From positions 124,001-188,000 of the forward strand of contig NW_003314407.1 in the NCBI RefSeq assembly GCF_000143415.4: 64,000 nt of DNA, read 5' to 3'. Of this stretch, positions 11,861-23,649 are shown one piece after another (the stretch's first letter is position 1; each line of letters begins with the position of its first letter). The notes under the pieces were generated by a model. That model did not search any database. It was not told the origin of the DNA and saw only the letters and a program-made list of their open reading frames with translations. The position numbers were made by a program, and so were the translations under genes. Source of the DNA: Selaginella moellendorffii (taxonomy: Eukaryota > Plantae > Lycopodiophyta).

Positions 11861-12951
11861 AGTTATAAATAATATCTATTTAACACTCAATATAATCCCT
11901 TTGTAAGCTTTTAAATTTAATTTTCTTAAAATGTCACTTAGCCCAATATTACTCAAACCCAAGAATACATAATATATGAGTTCACATATAATAAAATCCC
12001 ATGGTTAAAGAACCTTATGCCATATGAATTCTTTTTATATTGAAGAAGATTAAATTTAGTTTTTTTTCTACTAGAATTTATAGTAGTATTATACAATTTT
12101 CTCTTTGACTTAATTTCTTATTGAACTTATGTTATTTAAGTTCTTGTTGGATTTAGGATATGTTTTAACTTTTGAATAAAATTGTTAATTGAACCTAAAC
12201 TAATAATTTCAACACCAACTTTTATATTTAATGGATTATGTTAACTTCTATTGACTCAAGCTTAGCTCTTGAGATGAGCTCAAAAACCACCTAACCCTTT
12301 GTTTTTCCAACAACAAAATTTGTGAGTGTAAGTTTTGCAAAGATAGAGGATAAAGTTGGTCCCTCTTCAAATCATGATCATACTGGGATGATCAGAAGTT
12401 CAGGTAAGGATTTTAATATGTTTTACTATCATGGTTATAATACTTCCTTTTTTGCAGATGATGAAGATAAACTCCTCTTATCTTTGTCTAAGGATCCAAA
12501 AGCTGGTAAAGCTCTATCACTATTAATATTGACCACTTTCAAGAATTGTAACATAACTAGTTATGTAGCTTTCAATATTTTCATAGGTGTTGGGCAGCAA
12601 GAGTTAGAGGTGTTTAAGCTTACTCCAGCCAAATAATTAAAAAAAACAATATATTCAGTGTGTGAATATGGTAGTATATGTTCTAGAAAACATGCGTGCC
12701 ATGTCTGTGGGAATACATGTTTTGAAGAACATATAGAAGCCATGTAGGATGATAATGGTTTGGCAGTAACATTCTCATAAATAACAAATCTCAATCCAAT
12801 GGCACGGCCGGATCACCTTAATGGGCAAGAGAGTTCAAGTAGGCACCACTCGCCCAGGAAACCGTCAGGAAGGCGAAAAACATTCCTCGCCAAGCTGGCG
12901 TCACTATCATAAGATTTCATAGTGGATCGCCACCCCATGTGTAACTGTTAG

Positions 12952-14643
12952 TCACAGTCTACTCACATGTAAGAGATGGTTTCTCATTAATACATACGAA
13001 GAGCCGCGGTTTGGATCCATTTCATTTGCTGCTGACTGCCATCGCTTGGTGTCGTGGTGAATCTTGCAAGCATTTGCAAATGCCACCCATATCTGTGTCT
13101 CGGCCTGGAAAGGCATGGCGTCAAGAACATCCCAAGCGCACTCTAGATGCCCCGCGCGTCCAAAGCTGTCAACCACGCAGCAGTAGTGCTCTTGCCCGGG
13201 AAGAATCCCATAGTCCTGCTGCATGGATCTCAAGTAGTGGCAAACTCGCCAGAGTCCACCAAGCTGACTACATGCCGTGAGCAAGCTCACAAACGAGACC
13301 CCTCGCGGACAGAGGCCCTCGAGCTCCATGGATTGGAAGAGTGTAATTGTTTGTCCGGCAAGCCCCGCGTTGGCCAGAGCCGTGAGCATCGCGTTCCAGG
13401 ACCACTCGTCTCGTTTCGGCATTATATCGAATAAAAGCCGGGCTTGGCGGACGCTGCTCTGTGCGTGCACTGCAATCAGCGTGTTCCAGGACACCACATT
13501 CGTCTCGGGCATGCTCTCAAACGCGGCCACTGCCTCGTCGACATGCCCTTGGTTAGCATTCACTGCGATCATGGAGTTCCAGGAGAGAGTGCTCCACTTT
13601 GGCATTCGATCAAAGACTTTCTTGGCTTGTTCTGTATGGCCATTGAGGCCAAAGGCTGCCACCATTGCATCGCACGACACAAGATCTCGATTGGGCATGG
13701 AGCAAAACATTTGTGTGGCGCGGTCGAGTGTCCCTGGGGATTGGGCGTAGCAAATCATCATCGACGTCCAAGTAACTGGATCCCATACGGGGATTTGAGA
13801 GAAGAGGTTCTCTACCTCTTGCGTCCCTCCGGCATGAGCGTAAGCCGTGATTACCGTGTTCCATGACACTCGGTCTCTTACAGGCATCGACTCAAACAGG
13901 CTCTTGGATCTTGCGAGGTTACCACTGCGAGCTGCCGCGGCGATGAGGGAGTTCCATGACACAACGTCCGGCTCTGGGATGGCCTGGAACAGATCCATGG
14001 CTGCCTGGAGCTGCCCTCTTTGAGCATATCCAGCAAGCATCGTGTTCCAGGAGTTCACAATAGTTTCTGACATCCTGCTCAACACCTCGAGGGCGTTATC
14101 TATCATTCCAAGCTGGGTGTATGCAGTGATCATCGCGTTCCAAGACACCACATTTCTCTCCGGCATGCTTGTAAAGATTTGGCTCGCATCTTGGACATGC
14201 CCGTCTTGGGCATATGCGCAAAGAAGAGACGTCCAAGAGATTACATTGGTCTCTGGCATTTTCCCCAGAAAATACTCTGCAGCATCTATATCCCCAGATT
14301 GTGCCAAGACCCCAACGATCATTGTCCAGGAAATCTCGCTGCGACATGGCATTACTTGAAACAGTGACTTTGCTAGCAAAACGTTCCCGCAATGGGCATA
14401 TGCAGAAATAATCAGGTTCCAGGAGACAGCATTAGGCTTGTGAATCGAATTAAAGACGCGACGGGCCTCCTCCAGGCTCCCACATCGAGAATACATCTGG
14501 ATCAAAAGATTGGAGAGATAAGTATGCTGGTGTGGGTTAACGAGATGCCGCTGGATGCAAGCGTGAATGGCGCGCGCCTCGCTCAGATCCTTCGCCGATC
14601 TCACTAGTGTCACGTAAAACGTGCTCTTACAAGACCCTGTCAT
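12952..14643 (-). CDS. PLS-class PPR protein with tandem SS-type motifs and E domain, no DYW (organelle RNA-editing specificity factor type)
   Basis: 563-aa intronless ORF with repeated MPxRxxxSWNxMIxAYA ~31-aa units; terminal HYCCVVDSFGRAGHL...MPFQAE...W...ACKIH. Confidence 0.9.
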   Translation of the reverse strand: MTGSCKSTFYVTLVRSAKDLSEARAIHACIQRHLVNPHQHTYLSNLLIQMYSRCGSLEEARRVFNSIHKPNAVSWNLIISAYAHCGNVLLAKSLFQVMPCRSEISWTMIVGVLAQSGDIDAAEYFLGKMPETNVISWTSLLCAYAQDGHVQDASQIFTSMPERNVVSWNAMITAYTQLGMIDNALEVLSRMSETIVNSWNTMLAGYAQRGQLQAAMDLFQAIPEPDVVSWNSLIAAAARSGNLARSKSLFESMPVRDRVSWNTVITAYAHAGGTQEVENLFSQIPVWDPVTWTSMMICYAQSPGTLDRATQMFCSMPNRDLVSCDAMVAAFGLNGHTEQAKKVFDRMPKWSTLSWNSMIAVNANQGHVDEAVAAFESMPETNVVSWNTLIAVHAQSSVRQARLLFDIMPKRDEWSWNAMLTALANAGLAGQTITLFQSMELEGLCPRGVSFVSLLTACSQLGGLWRVCHYLRSMQQDYGILPGQEHYCCVVDSFGRAGHLECAWDVLDAMPFQAETQIWVAFANACKIHHDTKRWQSAANEMDPNRGSSYVLMRNHLLHVSRL

Positions 14644-14862
14644 CCATTACACTGGAGCAAACCCAGGAAACTTTGGCAGAGAATACCCGGAGTGGGCATC
14701 TGGAAACGCAAGCGTCCAGTTAAGAGCTGGTTTATCTTTGAAGATATTGGCTTACGTGGCATCCGGCGGGCCAATGGCAATGAGCCCCTTATCCACAAGG
14801 GATCCAATTGGTGGCGGGAGAAAGAGAGGGCTTTCTCCAATCGATCCATCCATCCGAGAGCA
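14644..14862. promoter_or_regulatory. 219-bp bidirectional promoter between the PPR and PsbP, with G-box-like, CCAAT and I-box elements
   Basis: cttacgtggc (14751-14760), gccaat, and ccttatccac (I-box GATAAG on the - strand) lie between divergent ATGs. Confidence 0.55.
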
Positions 14863-15863
14863 ATGGCGGCCACAGCGGCAATGGTGTCCTCGGCGGCGGC
14901 ATTGGCATCGTCGCGGAGCGGCGTCCATGGCGCCAGCCTCGTCTCGGCCAAGGCGCCCCTCCCCAAGGCGGTGGCGGCGAGGCAAAGCCTGAGCTGCAGC
15001 TGCTCCATGGCGGACGAGGAGGAGCAAGGAGTGTCGAGGAGACTGGCCTTGGCGCTGGCGGCCGGAGCTCTTGTGGCCACCGGCAAGGTGTCCACTGCGA
15101 GTGCGGCTTATGGCGAGGCGGGTAAGCCATTCTCCTCTTCCTTGCCATGGTTTTAGCTAGCAAGCTAATCCAATTGTCTCCTCGCTTTGCTCGAGCAGCC
15201 AATGTGTTTGGCTCGCCAAAGCAACAGTCGGGCTTCACCACCTTGACCGGCGATGGCTTCAAGCTGGACGTGCCCTCCAAGTGGAATCCCAGCAAAGAAC
15301 TCGAGTTCCCTGGCACACTGCTGCGATACGAGGACAACTTCGACCAAAAATCCAACCTTGCAGTCATGGTCATCCCCACGGACAAGAAATCCATCACCGA
15401 CTACGGATCGCCCGAGGAGTTTCTCAGTGCTGTAAGTATCAATCATCTCATGTCGATTCACTTGATTTCTTGCTTTCTTTTGCAGTATAGCTATCTCCTC
15501 GGCAAGCAGGCCTATGCTGGCAAGACCGTCTCAGAGGTATAGTTCATCTCATCCATGTCCATGAATCGAGCTCAAAGTTTTTCCGTGAATCCTGGCTGGC
15601 AGGGAGGATTTGATCCCAACGCCGTGGCCACTGCCGCGGTGCTACAATCCAAGACAAAAGACATCAATGGGAAGAAGTACTACGATCTGGATGTACTGAC
15701 CAGAACAGCCGACGGTGACGAGGGTGGCACGCACCAGCTGATCGTTGCGTCCATCAACAATGGCAAGCTCTACTTGCTCAAGGCACAAGCGGGCGACAAG
15801 AGGTGGTTCAAGGGCGCGCAGAAGTTCGTCAAGGGTGTTGCCGAATCCTTCAGCTTGGCTTAG
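14863..15863 (+). CDS. psbP: Oxygen-evolving enhancer protein 2 (PsbP); exons 14863-15121, 15199-15431, 15486-15536, 15603-15863
   Basis: Tat lumen signal [11 protein letters not shown]...ASA|AYGEAANVFG; [17 protein letters not shown]; [10 protein letters not shown]; [13 protein letters not shown]. Three GT-AG introns preserve frame. Confidence 0.96.
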
Positions 15864-16005
15864 ATATATATACCTTATAGCAAGCTCCACCACAAAGCTC
15901 TAAAACGTGAAAGAAAGCGAACCTTAAATTCATCGCTGATCGCTCTCGCTCTCGATAGAGGTGTACATTTTCTACGATGCTTGCGTGAATTTTATTCAAG
16001 GAACA

Positions 16006-17436
16006 TCAGAAGAATTTAGTTTGGCGCGAACGATTACTCTCGAGAACTTTGTTGATCAAGTCTTTGATCTTCCGAGGCGATACGTTGAAAGCAGCGCGAG
16101 CGGCCTCTTTCACCTGGGCACCCTTCCTCCTCAAACACTCGCTCTCGTCAATGACCGCTCGAAAAGCTTGCTCGAAAGCAATTCTCGTGATCAAACCATC
16201 TTTTCCATCTTTCGCCAGCCCCACGCCAATCCCCAAGTGCTCCACGATAATCCGTGCGTTCCCTCGCTGCTCTCCATAAAATGGCATCGTGATCATCGGA
16301 ACGCCCCGGCTTAAGCTCTCCATCGTTGAGTTCCATCCGCAGTGGGTCATGAAACCACCCACGGCCCTGTGCGACAGAACCAAGAGCTGTGGTGCCCATT
16401 TCCTCACCGCCATTCCTGTCTTGTTCGTCGTCGCCCGTTCCAGGAATCCTTCCGGAAGTAACTCCTCGGCACCATTGTTCAAAACCCACAGAAATCTCTT
16501 CTCGCTTGCTTCCAATCCAAGCGCAAGCTCTTCGATTTGTTTCCGGTTAGCGCGAGCGAAGCTTCCAAACGAGATGTACACGACGGACGCGGTGGGCTGC
16601 TCGTCCAGCCATGCCAAGCACTCGACTTTGTCATAGTCTTCACAAGCATTGTCCTCCGCGAAGTAAGAGTCTGGAAGCAAAGGCCCGATATCCACGAAAG
16701 GAACCTTGTTGGGATTTATCTGGGGGTTCTCGCTCACAGCGATGCATGCCTCCTCCTCGATCGCAGCAAACGTGTTGCACATCACTCCAGCTGCCTCGTG
16801 AGCTCGAACAGCGTTTGTCACGTAGAAATCCCGCATGACTTTGGGGACTGTCTCTAAGATCAAGTCGATAACTTGGTCGCTCGAGAGTGGCGAGAGTCCA
16901 GCCGAATCTATCCCGGGTATTCGCACCAGCTCTTGAACTCGTACAGGAAGCTTGTTCTGGTGTAGCATATTCTTGACGTAGAAATGGAAGGCTAGTGCCA
17001 TTCCCGGCGATGGGTAGAAGATAATCCTGGGAATGTTGAGCTCGTCTGCTACGTCTTGGGCCCAGGAAGCAAGCAAGTTGTCCGTGATGATGCAACTTAT
17101 AGGAGGATTGGCAGCACTAATGAGCTCCTTAAGTTCTACTCCATCTTCGGGATGGAATCCAAAGGCCCAGCCCATGAGCTCCATCGAGTCGTGCCCTGAG
17201 CTCGATTCCTGCTGCTCTTTGGAAGGGAAGTTCTTCTTGAGCGTCTGGAACTTGATGTGTGGGTTGCATGCTCGTGCTTTGGCCTCTCTCTTCACTTGTT
17301 CAAGCCTAAAATCATGACAAACGTAGCTTACCTCGAAACCAAGGCCGGCTAGCCTGCTCGCGAGCACCAAAGCTGGGATCATATGCCCTTGAGCTGAATA
17401 AGGAACCACCATCAAGCGAGGGACCTCCTCCTCCAT
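16006..17436 (-). CDS. Family-1 UDP-glycosyltransferase (copy 1)
   Basis: Catalytic His in QGHMIP and Asp in IITDNL; PSPG box WAPQLLVLSHRAVGGFMTHCGWNSTMESLSRGVPMITMPFYGEQ; 476 aa, intronless. Confidence 0.95.
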   Translation of the reverse strand: MEEEVPRLMVVPYSAQGHMIPALVLASRLAGLGFEVSYVCHDFRLEQVKREAKARACNPHIKFQTLKKNFPSKEQQESSSGHDSMELMGWAFGFHPEDGVELKELISAANPPISCIITDNLLASWAQDVADELNIPRIIFYPSPGMALAFHFYVKNMLHQNKLPVRVQELVRIPGIDSAGLSPLSSDQVIDLILETVPKVMRDFYVTNAVRAHEAAGVMCNTFAAIEEEACIAVSENPQINPNKVPFVDIGPLLPDSYFAEDNACEDYDKVECLAWLDEQPTASVVYISFGSFARANRKQIEELALGLEASEKRFLWVLNNGAEELLPEGFLERATTNKTGMAVRKWAPQLLVLSHRAVGGFMTHCGWNSTMESLSRGVPMITMPFYGEQRGNARIIVEHLGIGVGLAKDGKDGLITRIAFEQAFRAVIDESECLRRKGAQVKEAARAAFNVSPRKIKDLINKVLESNRSRQTKFF

Positions 17437-17687
17437 TATTGATCACTCTCCTTGGTACCCTGGACTTCCTTCTAGACAGGCCTTGAAACAAATGGTGCCA
17501 AAATGATCACTGTTGTTCCTGCAAAAATGAAGCAGCATAGCTCGCTCGTAGCATCGACAAACACGCTAAAACGAATCTTAAGACAGAGCATAAAAAACAA
17601 AACAAATACTATTGGTGAGGATTGGCTTGTTAGCTTATGCCAGTTGTCCATCATACTCGATACTGATAACCACTTCTAACTCGTCAT

Positions 17688-20600
17688 TGTTACACGACAC
17701 ACCTCACCACATAGACATTAGGGTTTTCCTGTTGTGTCTGTTAGTGCAGTGCGCTTTGATCCCGATTTGTCTCATGGTATCACAGCTAGGATAGCATTAT
17801 GGAAGGAAAGCCATCCATCCACAAGTTTGATGGAGAAGGGTTTGAACGATTCAAGATCCATTTTGAATCCTACCTCTTGTTTCATGGTTTGTTGGGGATT
17901 GGAGATGGGACAGAGCCATCACCGGCTCCAGGCTTTAGTGCTGTTGAGGTGCGTGGTTAGAACCTTTTGGGATTCCAAGGCTAGAGGGAGTATTGTGATG
18001 TGCTTGTCCTTGAATGTTCTCTTTGCTACTCCATCAATTCGGAAGTCCACTGTGGTAGTGCTCTAGACATGGTTGAGCAACACCTACAACACCAAGAGTG
18101 AAATGGATGTTTTCAACTTCCATTCACAAATGGATTCCTTGAGGCTAGAGGAAAATGGCAATATCCAGACTCACACTGCCAAGCTCCAAGTCTTCTTCAC
18201 ACAATTTGCGGCTGCTGGGGCAAAGCACTATCTCACGGATGAGCAGCAGAGGCTACAGCTCTATAGGTCCTTGCCAGCTAATTGGAAGAATGCAGTTGAG
18301 AGCCTACTTCTCCAACCAAGGATGACTTGGGCAGATGCCATAAGGAGTTTTCACAACATTGAGGCCATGTGAAGTGAGAGAGTAGAAATACCATAAACTA
18401 TGTATGCTTTGCAAGCTTCTGGTGATGCCAAGGTGGCAAAATTGCATACAGCTGCAAATGCCAGGAACCAATGCACTTGCTGTTTGGAGATGGGCCATTG
18501 GGCTCAAGATTGCACTACTACAAAGCCTGTCAAGTGACTAGCTATAATGGCAAAAAGCCAATTTGCTCGAGGGTGATAGAATTAGTACAACAAATGAGGC
18601 TATTGAGGAGCTCTACAATGTAGAGGCAGTTGCAGCACCAAGTAAGTGGCTTTTAGACTCTGGTTGTACTAATCTTATGGGCAATAAGAAGAGTCTTTTT
18701 AAGTGTTATCAATTGAGCATTGGAAAATGTGGTGTTCATTTAAATGATAATTCACTATCCCCGTGGAAGGCATTGGGCAATTTTGGCGACCATAGCATTT
18801 AATGGTGCTATGCATATCTCCACCTTGCGATGAAATTTAATATCCATTGCCAAGATATGTGATCAAAATGCAATGGTAGTCTTTGATGTAAAGGGAGTCT
18901 CTTTTGTTGACTCTAGCAACTTTCACATGCTTGGTACACAGTTGCTTTGTGGGTCACATATTAGGGACTTGTATGAAATCATTGCTGTTGACCAAGTTTA
19001 AACCTTTCAAACTGTGGAGGCAAATTCTTGTGTAGAGCTTTGGCACAAGAGACTTGGTCATGTCTATTACCAATCTCTTCAACGGATGAAATCCTAAGAT
19101 ATTGTTACTAAATTTGATTTTCAACATATCCCATTTACATTTTGTGAAGCTTACATTTTAAGCAAGCATCACTGCACAATTGGACTTTTGGACTTGGTCC
19201 ATTCTGATCTTTGTGGCCCTATAGATGTGCCAAGCCACGATGGTACAAGATATTTCATTACAATCATTAATGACTATAGCTGTTGGATATGCATCCACTT
19301 CTTGATGCATAAGAGTGATGTAGTTGCTGCATTTCAAATGTACAAAACTTATATTGAAAATTTCCTTGGTCGAAAGATAAAAGTTTTTTAAGTTGTTGGT
19401 GGTGGTGAATACCTTAACAATGAGCTTTAGGGCATCTGTCATGATATAAGCATACAATTGCAAGCCACAATCTGCTACACCCCCCAGTAAAATGGTGTTG
19501 CAAAAAGGAAGAATCACACTTTTGTCAATGTTACTTACACCTTGTTGTTTGATGCATATCTTGACAAGATGTTTTGGCAAAAGGCTATAGCTATAGCAAT
19601 GCATATCCAAAATTGCCTTGCCACAATTGCTTTGGATGGAAAAACCCTTAATGCATTTTGGATGGGTTCTACTCCTGATGTATCCCACTTTTAGGTCTTT
19701 AGTTGTGTAGTATATGTGCTACCCATGATTTACTTTAAAAAAGCTAGATCCCAATAGTAAAAAATTTATCTTCATAGGATATACACAAGACTACACCATT
19801 GGGAGAAAAGCTTACAAGTTGTGGGATCTTGCATCTCACAAAGCCCTTGTAAGCATAGATGTCATGTTCAACGAGGATAACTTTCCCATGCGTATAAAGG
19901 CTCTTCAAGATCCTTCTTTCATTGCTAAGACTTGGCTCATTCCTTTGATCTCATTTATGGGATATGGTCCACTCTTGCCTCTGCCTTTAGATCTTATTCA
20001 TGAGTTACCATTAGAGATTCCACTCGGGAATCCTCCACTTCTAGACATGCTTGAACTAGCTGATGCTCCTCTAGTCAAGGACAGGCCTTCGACACCTCCA
20101 CCACCTTGTCGACGTTGTGGCATGCTTGACCCAATACTAGTTCTTGATCACCCCCAAGAATGTTGGCCCTTATTGAAAGTCCAAGAAAATGCTAAAGCAA
20201 ATGGTGTAGAGCTTGATGACTTTTATAGTTGACATTGGCATCCCCATGACCTATGATGAGGCCGTCTCAAGATTTGAGGCTCCATCTTGGATGGAAGCCA
20301 TTGCGGAAGAAGTTGCTTCCATTTAGGTTAATGAAACTTATGTTCCAATTGATTCAACACCACCAGAATGACATATTTTGGATCCAAAATGGATTTTTTC
20401 CAAAAAGTATAGGAAAGATGGTCAAATTGTACATTATAAGGCACAGTTGGTTGTTCATGGATTTTGCCAAGTCTATGGCCTTGACTACGATAAAACATTC
20501 TCACTGGTTGTAAAAATGGCCAACCTCCATACCCTTTTTGCACTTGTGGCTGCTCCCAAATGGTAAGTCCACCATATAGATGCCAAAAGAGCATTTTTGA

Positions 20601-21855
20601 ATGGGGATTTGCAAGAGGACATCTACATGCATATACTTCTTGGTTTTGAGGATGATATTGCCCATGGCTCTATATGGCAATTGTGGAAAGCTTTATATGG
20701 CCTCAAACAAAGTTCCTATATTTGGTATCAAAAATTTTATGCCACCCTTCCGTGCTCAGGGCTTTTGTCGCTACCACAATGTGTATGTGAATGGTCATGC
20801 TTATTGTGGCCCTCTATATTGATGATTTGCTCATCATGGGTGATGACACTAATGTCATTGCTGCTCTAAAAGCTGCTCTCAACCAGCAATTCCAGATGAA
20901 GGACTTTGGCCAAGTCTTCTACTTTCTTGGCTTTGAGGTCACACACAATCTTGAGTCTGGTGGCTACATGCTTAACCAACAACGTAAGATCAAATTTTTG
21001 CTAGATTGGTTTGGTATGTGTGATGTCAAGACCCTGATGGTTGTTAATGCTATCAACCTCACAGTTGAGTAGTCTAGTGAGCCTCTACCCACTAGGACTC
21101 CCTATCGCCATCTCATCAGTTGCTTTATATATTTGGCCTTGATGACTTGCCCCAACATCACATATGTGACTATTGCCTTGAGTCAGTACAACACATCACC
21201 AACCACTATACATTGGCAAGCTGCCAAGCATATCATGCAATACCTCTGGGGCACTATAAACTATGGCATTTCTTATTCAGGGGGTGATGCATCATTGACA
21301 TGCTACACAGACACTAGCTTTGCCAACAACAAAGGCCATCACTTGACTTTTGGCATTTGCCTTTCCTTCTCAAGAGGTGCCATCGCATGGGCCTCCAAGC
21401 AACAATCTATGGTGGCACTTTCTAGTGCAGAAGTGGAGTACATTGCACTCACTACTGGTAGCAGGGACGTAGTCTGGGCTTGGAGGTTACTTGCTAAGCT
21501 AGGATGTGCACACACTGGCCCTACTACGTCTTGGTGTGACAACTGAAGCAGCATTGCCATGTCCAAGAACCCCGTCCACCATGCTTGCTTGAAGCACATT
21601 AAAGTCCAATTTCACTATGTGCGTGAGTTGGTTGAGGGCAGCACCCTGGCTGTCCAACATCTCGGGACATAGGACATGCCAGCTGACTTTCTCACCAAGC
21701 AGTTGGGGCCACACCAGTTTCAGCTCCTATGTGACAGATTTGGTTTGGTGAGTGGCTTTGGTTTGGGGGGGAGTGTTACACACACCTCACCACATAGACA
21801 TTAGGGTTTTCCTGTTCTGTCCGCTAGCAGTGCGCTTTGATCCCGATTTGTTTCA
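17688..21855 (+). mobile_element. Full-length but inactivated Ty1/Copia LTR retrotransposon (4168 bp)
   Basis: LTRs 17688-17774 (87 bp) and 21774-21855 (82 bp), both TG...CA; TSD GTCAT on both sides; PBS TGGTATCACAGC (tRNA-Met-like); PPT GGGGGGGAG. Internal order is gag zinc knuckle CTCCLEMGHWAQDC, protease WLLDSG, integrase LVHSDLCGP, RT LYGLKQS/LYIDDLL, RNaseH WASKQQSMVALSSAEVEY. Many stops and frameshifts. Confidence 0.95.
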
Positions 21856-21860
21856 GTCAT

Positions 21861-22030
21861 ACACTTTCTGGAGCCTGAGCACCAAAGGAACTCATGTCAC
21901 GATTCCCTCTCCATGAGGCAAACTTATGCCGGCAAGGGACTTGAGCACATTGATCACCAACAACATGGCAGCTCGATGCCTTCTTCCATGACATCCATGG
22001 ACCTCAGCTTGTCCACCACGTCAAGCAAAG
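21861..22030 (-). pseudogene. Dynamin-related DRP4/Mx-like GTPase remnant (continues at ~17610-17687 across the Copia insertion)
   Basis: PLLDVVDKLRSMDVMEEGIELP resembles the plant DRP4 N-terminus. Joining across the TSD reads LQKVYDELEVVISIEYDGQ. Confidence 0.7.
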
Positions 22031-22319
22031 GTGGGAACTGAATGTTGAATGAAGCATGGATAGATGATCGAGCAAAAGTGCAAACAGAAAATCTACCTGG
22101 AGAGAAGCTCTGCGAAACACAAGCCACCATTGCACATAAATCTAAGGCGCACATATATACAGAGTGAGTTGTCCGTTGATCTTCAAACATCAAGAACAAA
22201 AGCCAACAGTCAGCACATTGAATGCTCGCCACCTTCATTCGAAGCCTGTGGAGGAAAAAAGTAAAAGAGTATGCACAATTTAGAAAAACAACGAACCTTG
22301 GGTAGAGGTCAATCGACTA

Positions 22320-23520
22320 TTGCCGCTCAATCCACTTCTTCCCATGCACTCACAGCCTCGAAAAGCACACTCTTCACATGTTTCGCAGCTAGGCTGTTGA
22401 GAGTAGCCCTGTGCCACGTGGGTAGGAGAGTCACGAGTCTTCATCGGTTCACCATATCACACATTCCATTCCATACATACTATGACAGATCTTGAGCACT
22501 ATCACACAGTTTCACCTTTTTTTTAGATAGGCCACATCCAAAACACACGTTTGAAAATCCAACATACTGAGCAGCACTATCGGAGTCCCACTTGGGAACA
22601 GGCCTTGCAACTCGCAAGCCCGTGTCGGCATCCCCGTGAACTTGGCATGCCGCAAGTGGGATGCTGCTGGCGAATATGTCCACCATGCACACGACATGCT
22701 TTTCGCCGGGTTGTATCCCATAGTCGTGTAACATCGAGCTGTAGAAGAGGAATGCTTCGTTAGCTTGACTGCACCCCTAGAAAACACTGGTAGATGTGAT
22801 CGTGTTGGGCTTGAATTCTGCCGCAGCATTCTCGGATGCTGTCACTGCTTTAAGCATTAGCTCCTACCATCACGGACAAGGAAACTACATCATGTGGCCA
22901 AAGATGATTCACACAGCCAAGCTGTCCATACATTTTCACAAGAGCTGTAAACACCCTGTTGTTGGACGAGCTTTCGTCGAGGGCTGATGTAAGTCTGGCA
23001 TAAATTTCTCGTCCCCAAACAAGTGCTCATATTCCAGCACCGCAACAGAACTTACCACCATTTTTGGAAGACATCCAGAGCCAGCATTAGCTCACCGTTT
23101 TGGACGTAACTAATGATCATAGTGGTCCAGGACAACATCATTGGCACGCATTCGATCGAAAACCTCTCTTGCTTCCATACATGTTGATAAGTGCGCTAGC
23201 AGCTGGAACGAGCTCCTCAAATTTCGGCTAGCTCGTGAAACTCTTTGCCTTGGTCGATGTTTTCGATCACTGCACAATCATCGATGATCACATCAAACGC
23301 ACGTATTCGAGAAAAGCCCGCCCTAGCAGCATTTTCTGGACAACATCAATAGCCTTCCTGTAATGCCGGTTTTGGGCATATGCCGTATTTCCTACATACT
23401 CGAAGAGTACGTGGCTAGAACCCATTGCGCCGTGGATCATCCTTCCCTCAGAAATGCTGCCAGCGCTATGCCAAGCGTGTAGAACGATGCTGAGCGTAAA
23501 TTCTTTTTTGGGCGCCCTTC
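22320..23520 (-). pseudogene. Deleted and frameshifted copy of the PLS-E PPR at 37003-38682
   Basis: Collinear nucleotide identity with 37000-38340 (e.g. HDYGIQPGEKHVVCMVDIFA, ACQVHGDADTGL) with multiple deletions. Confidence 0.85.
22395..22527. mobile_element. 133-bp solo-LTR-like insertion in the PPR pseudogene
   Basis: Absent from the paralog (cagctaggccacatcc at ~37062); flanked by 5-bp TSD TAGGC (22390-22394, 22528-22532); starts TGTTG but ends GA rather than CA. Confidence 0.65.
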
Positions 23521-23624
23521 ATCGTGGTCCAGATTTAATTGCCACCGGATCTCGCAGAGCAAATCCAGGTGCCTGTCTGGAATCCGTTCCGTCAAGCACT
23601 ATGGGACTCGCTCTTCTCCTTCGT

Positions 23625-23649
23625 CCCCCCCCCCCCCCCCCCCCCCCCC
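23625..23649. repeat. Poly-C run (25 nt)
   Basis: Read directly; the paralogous site at ~34525 has only about 6 C. Confidence 0.9.
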
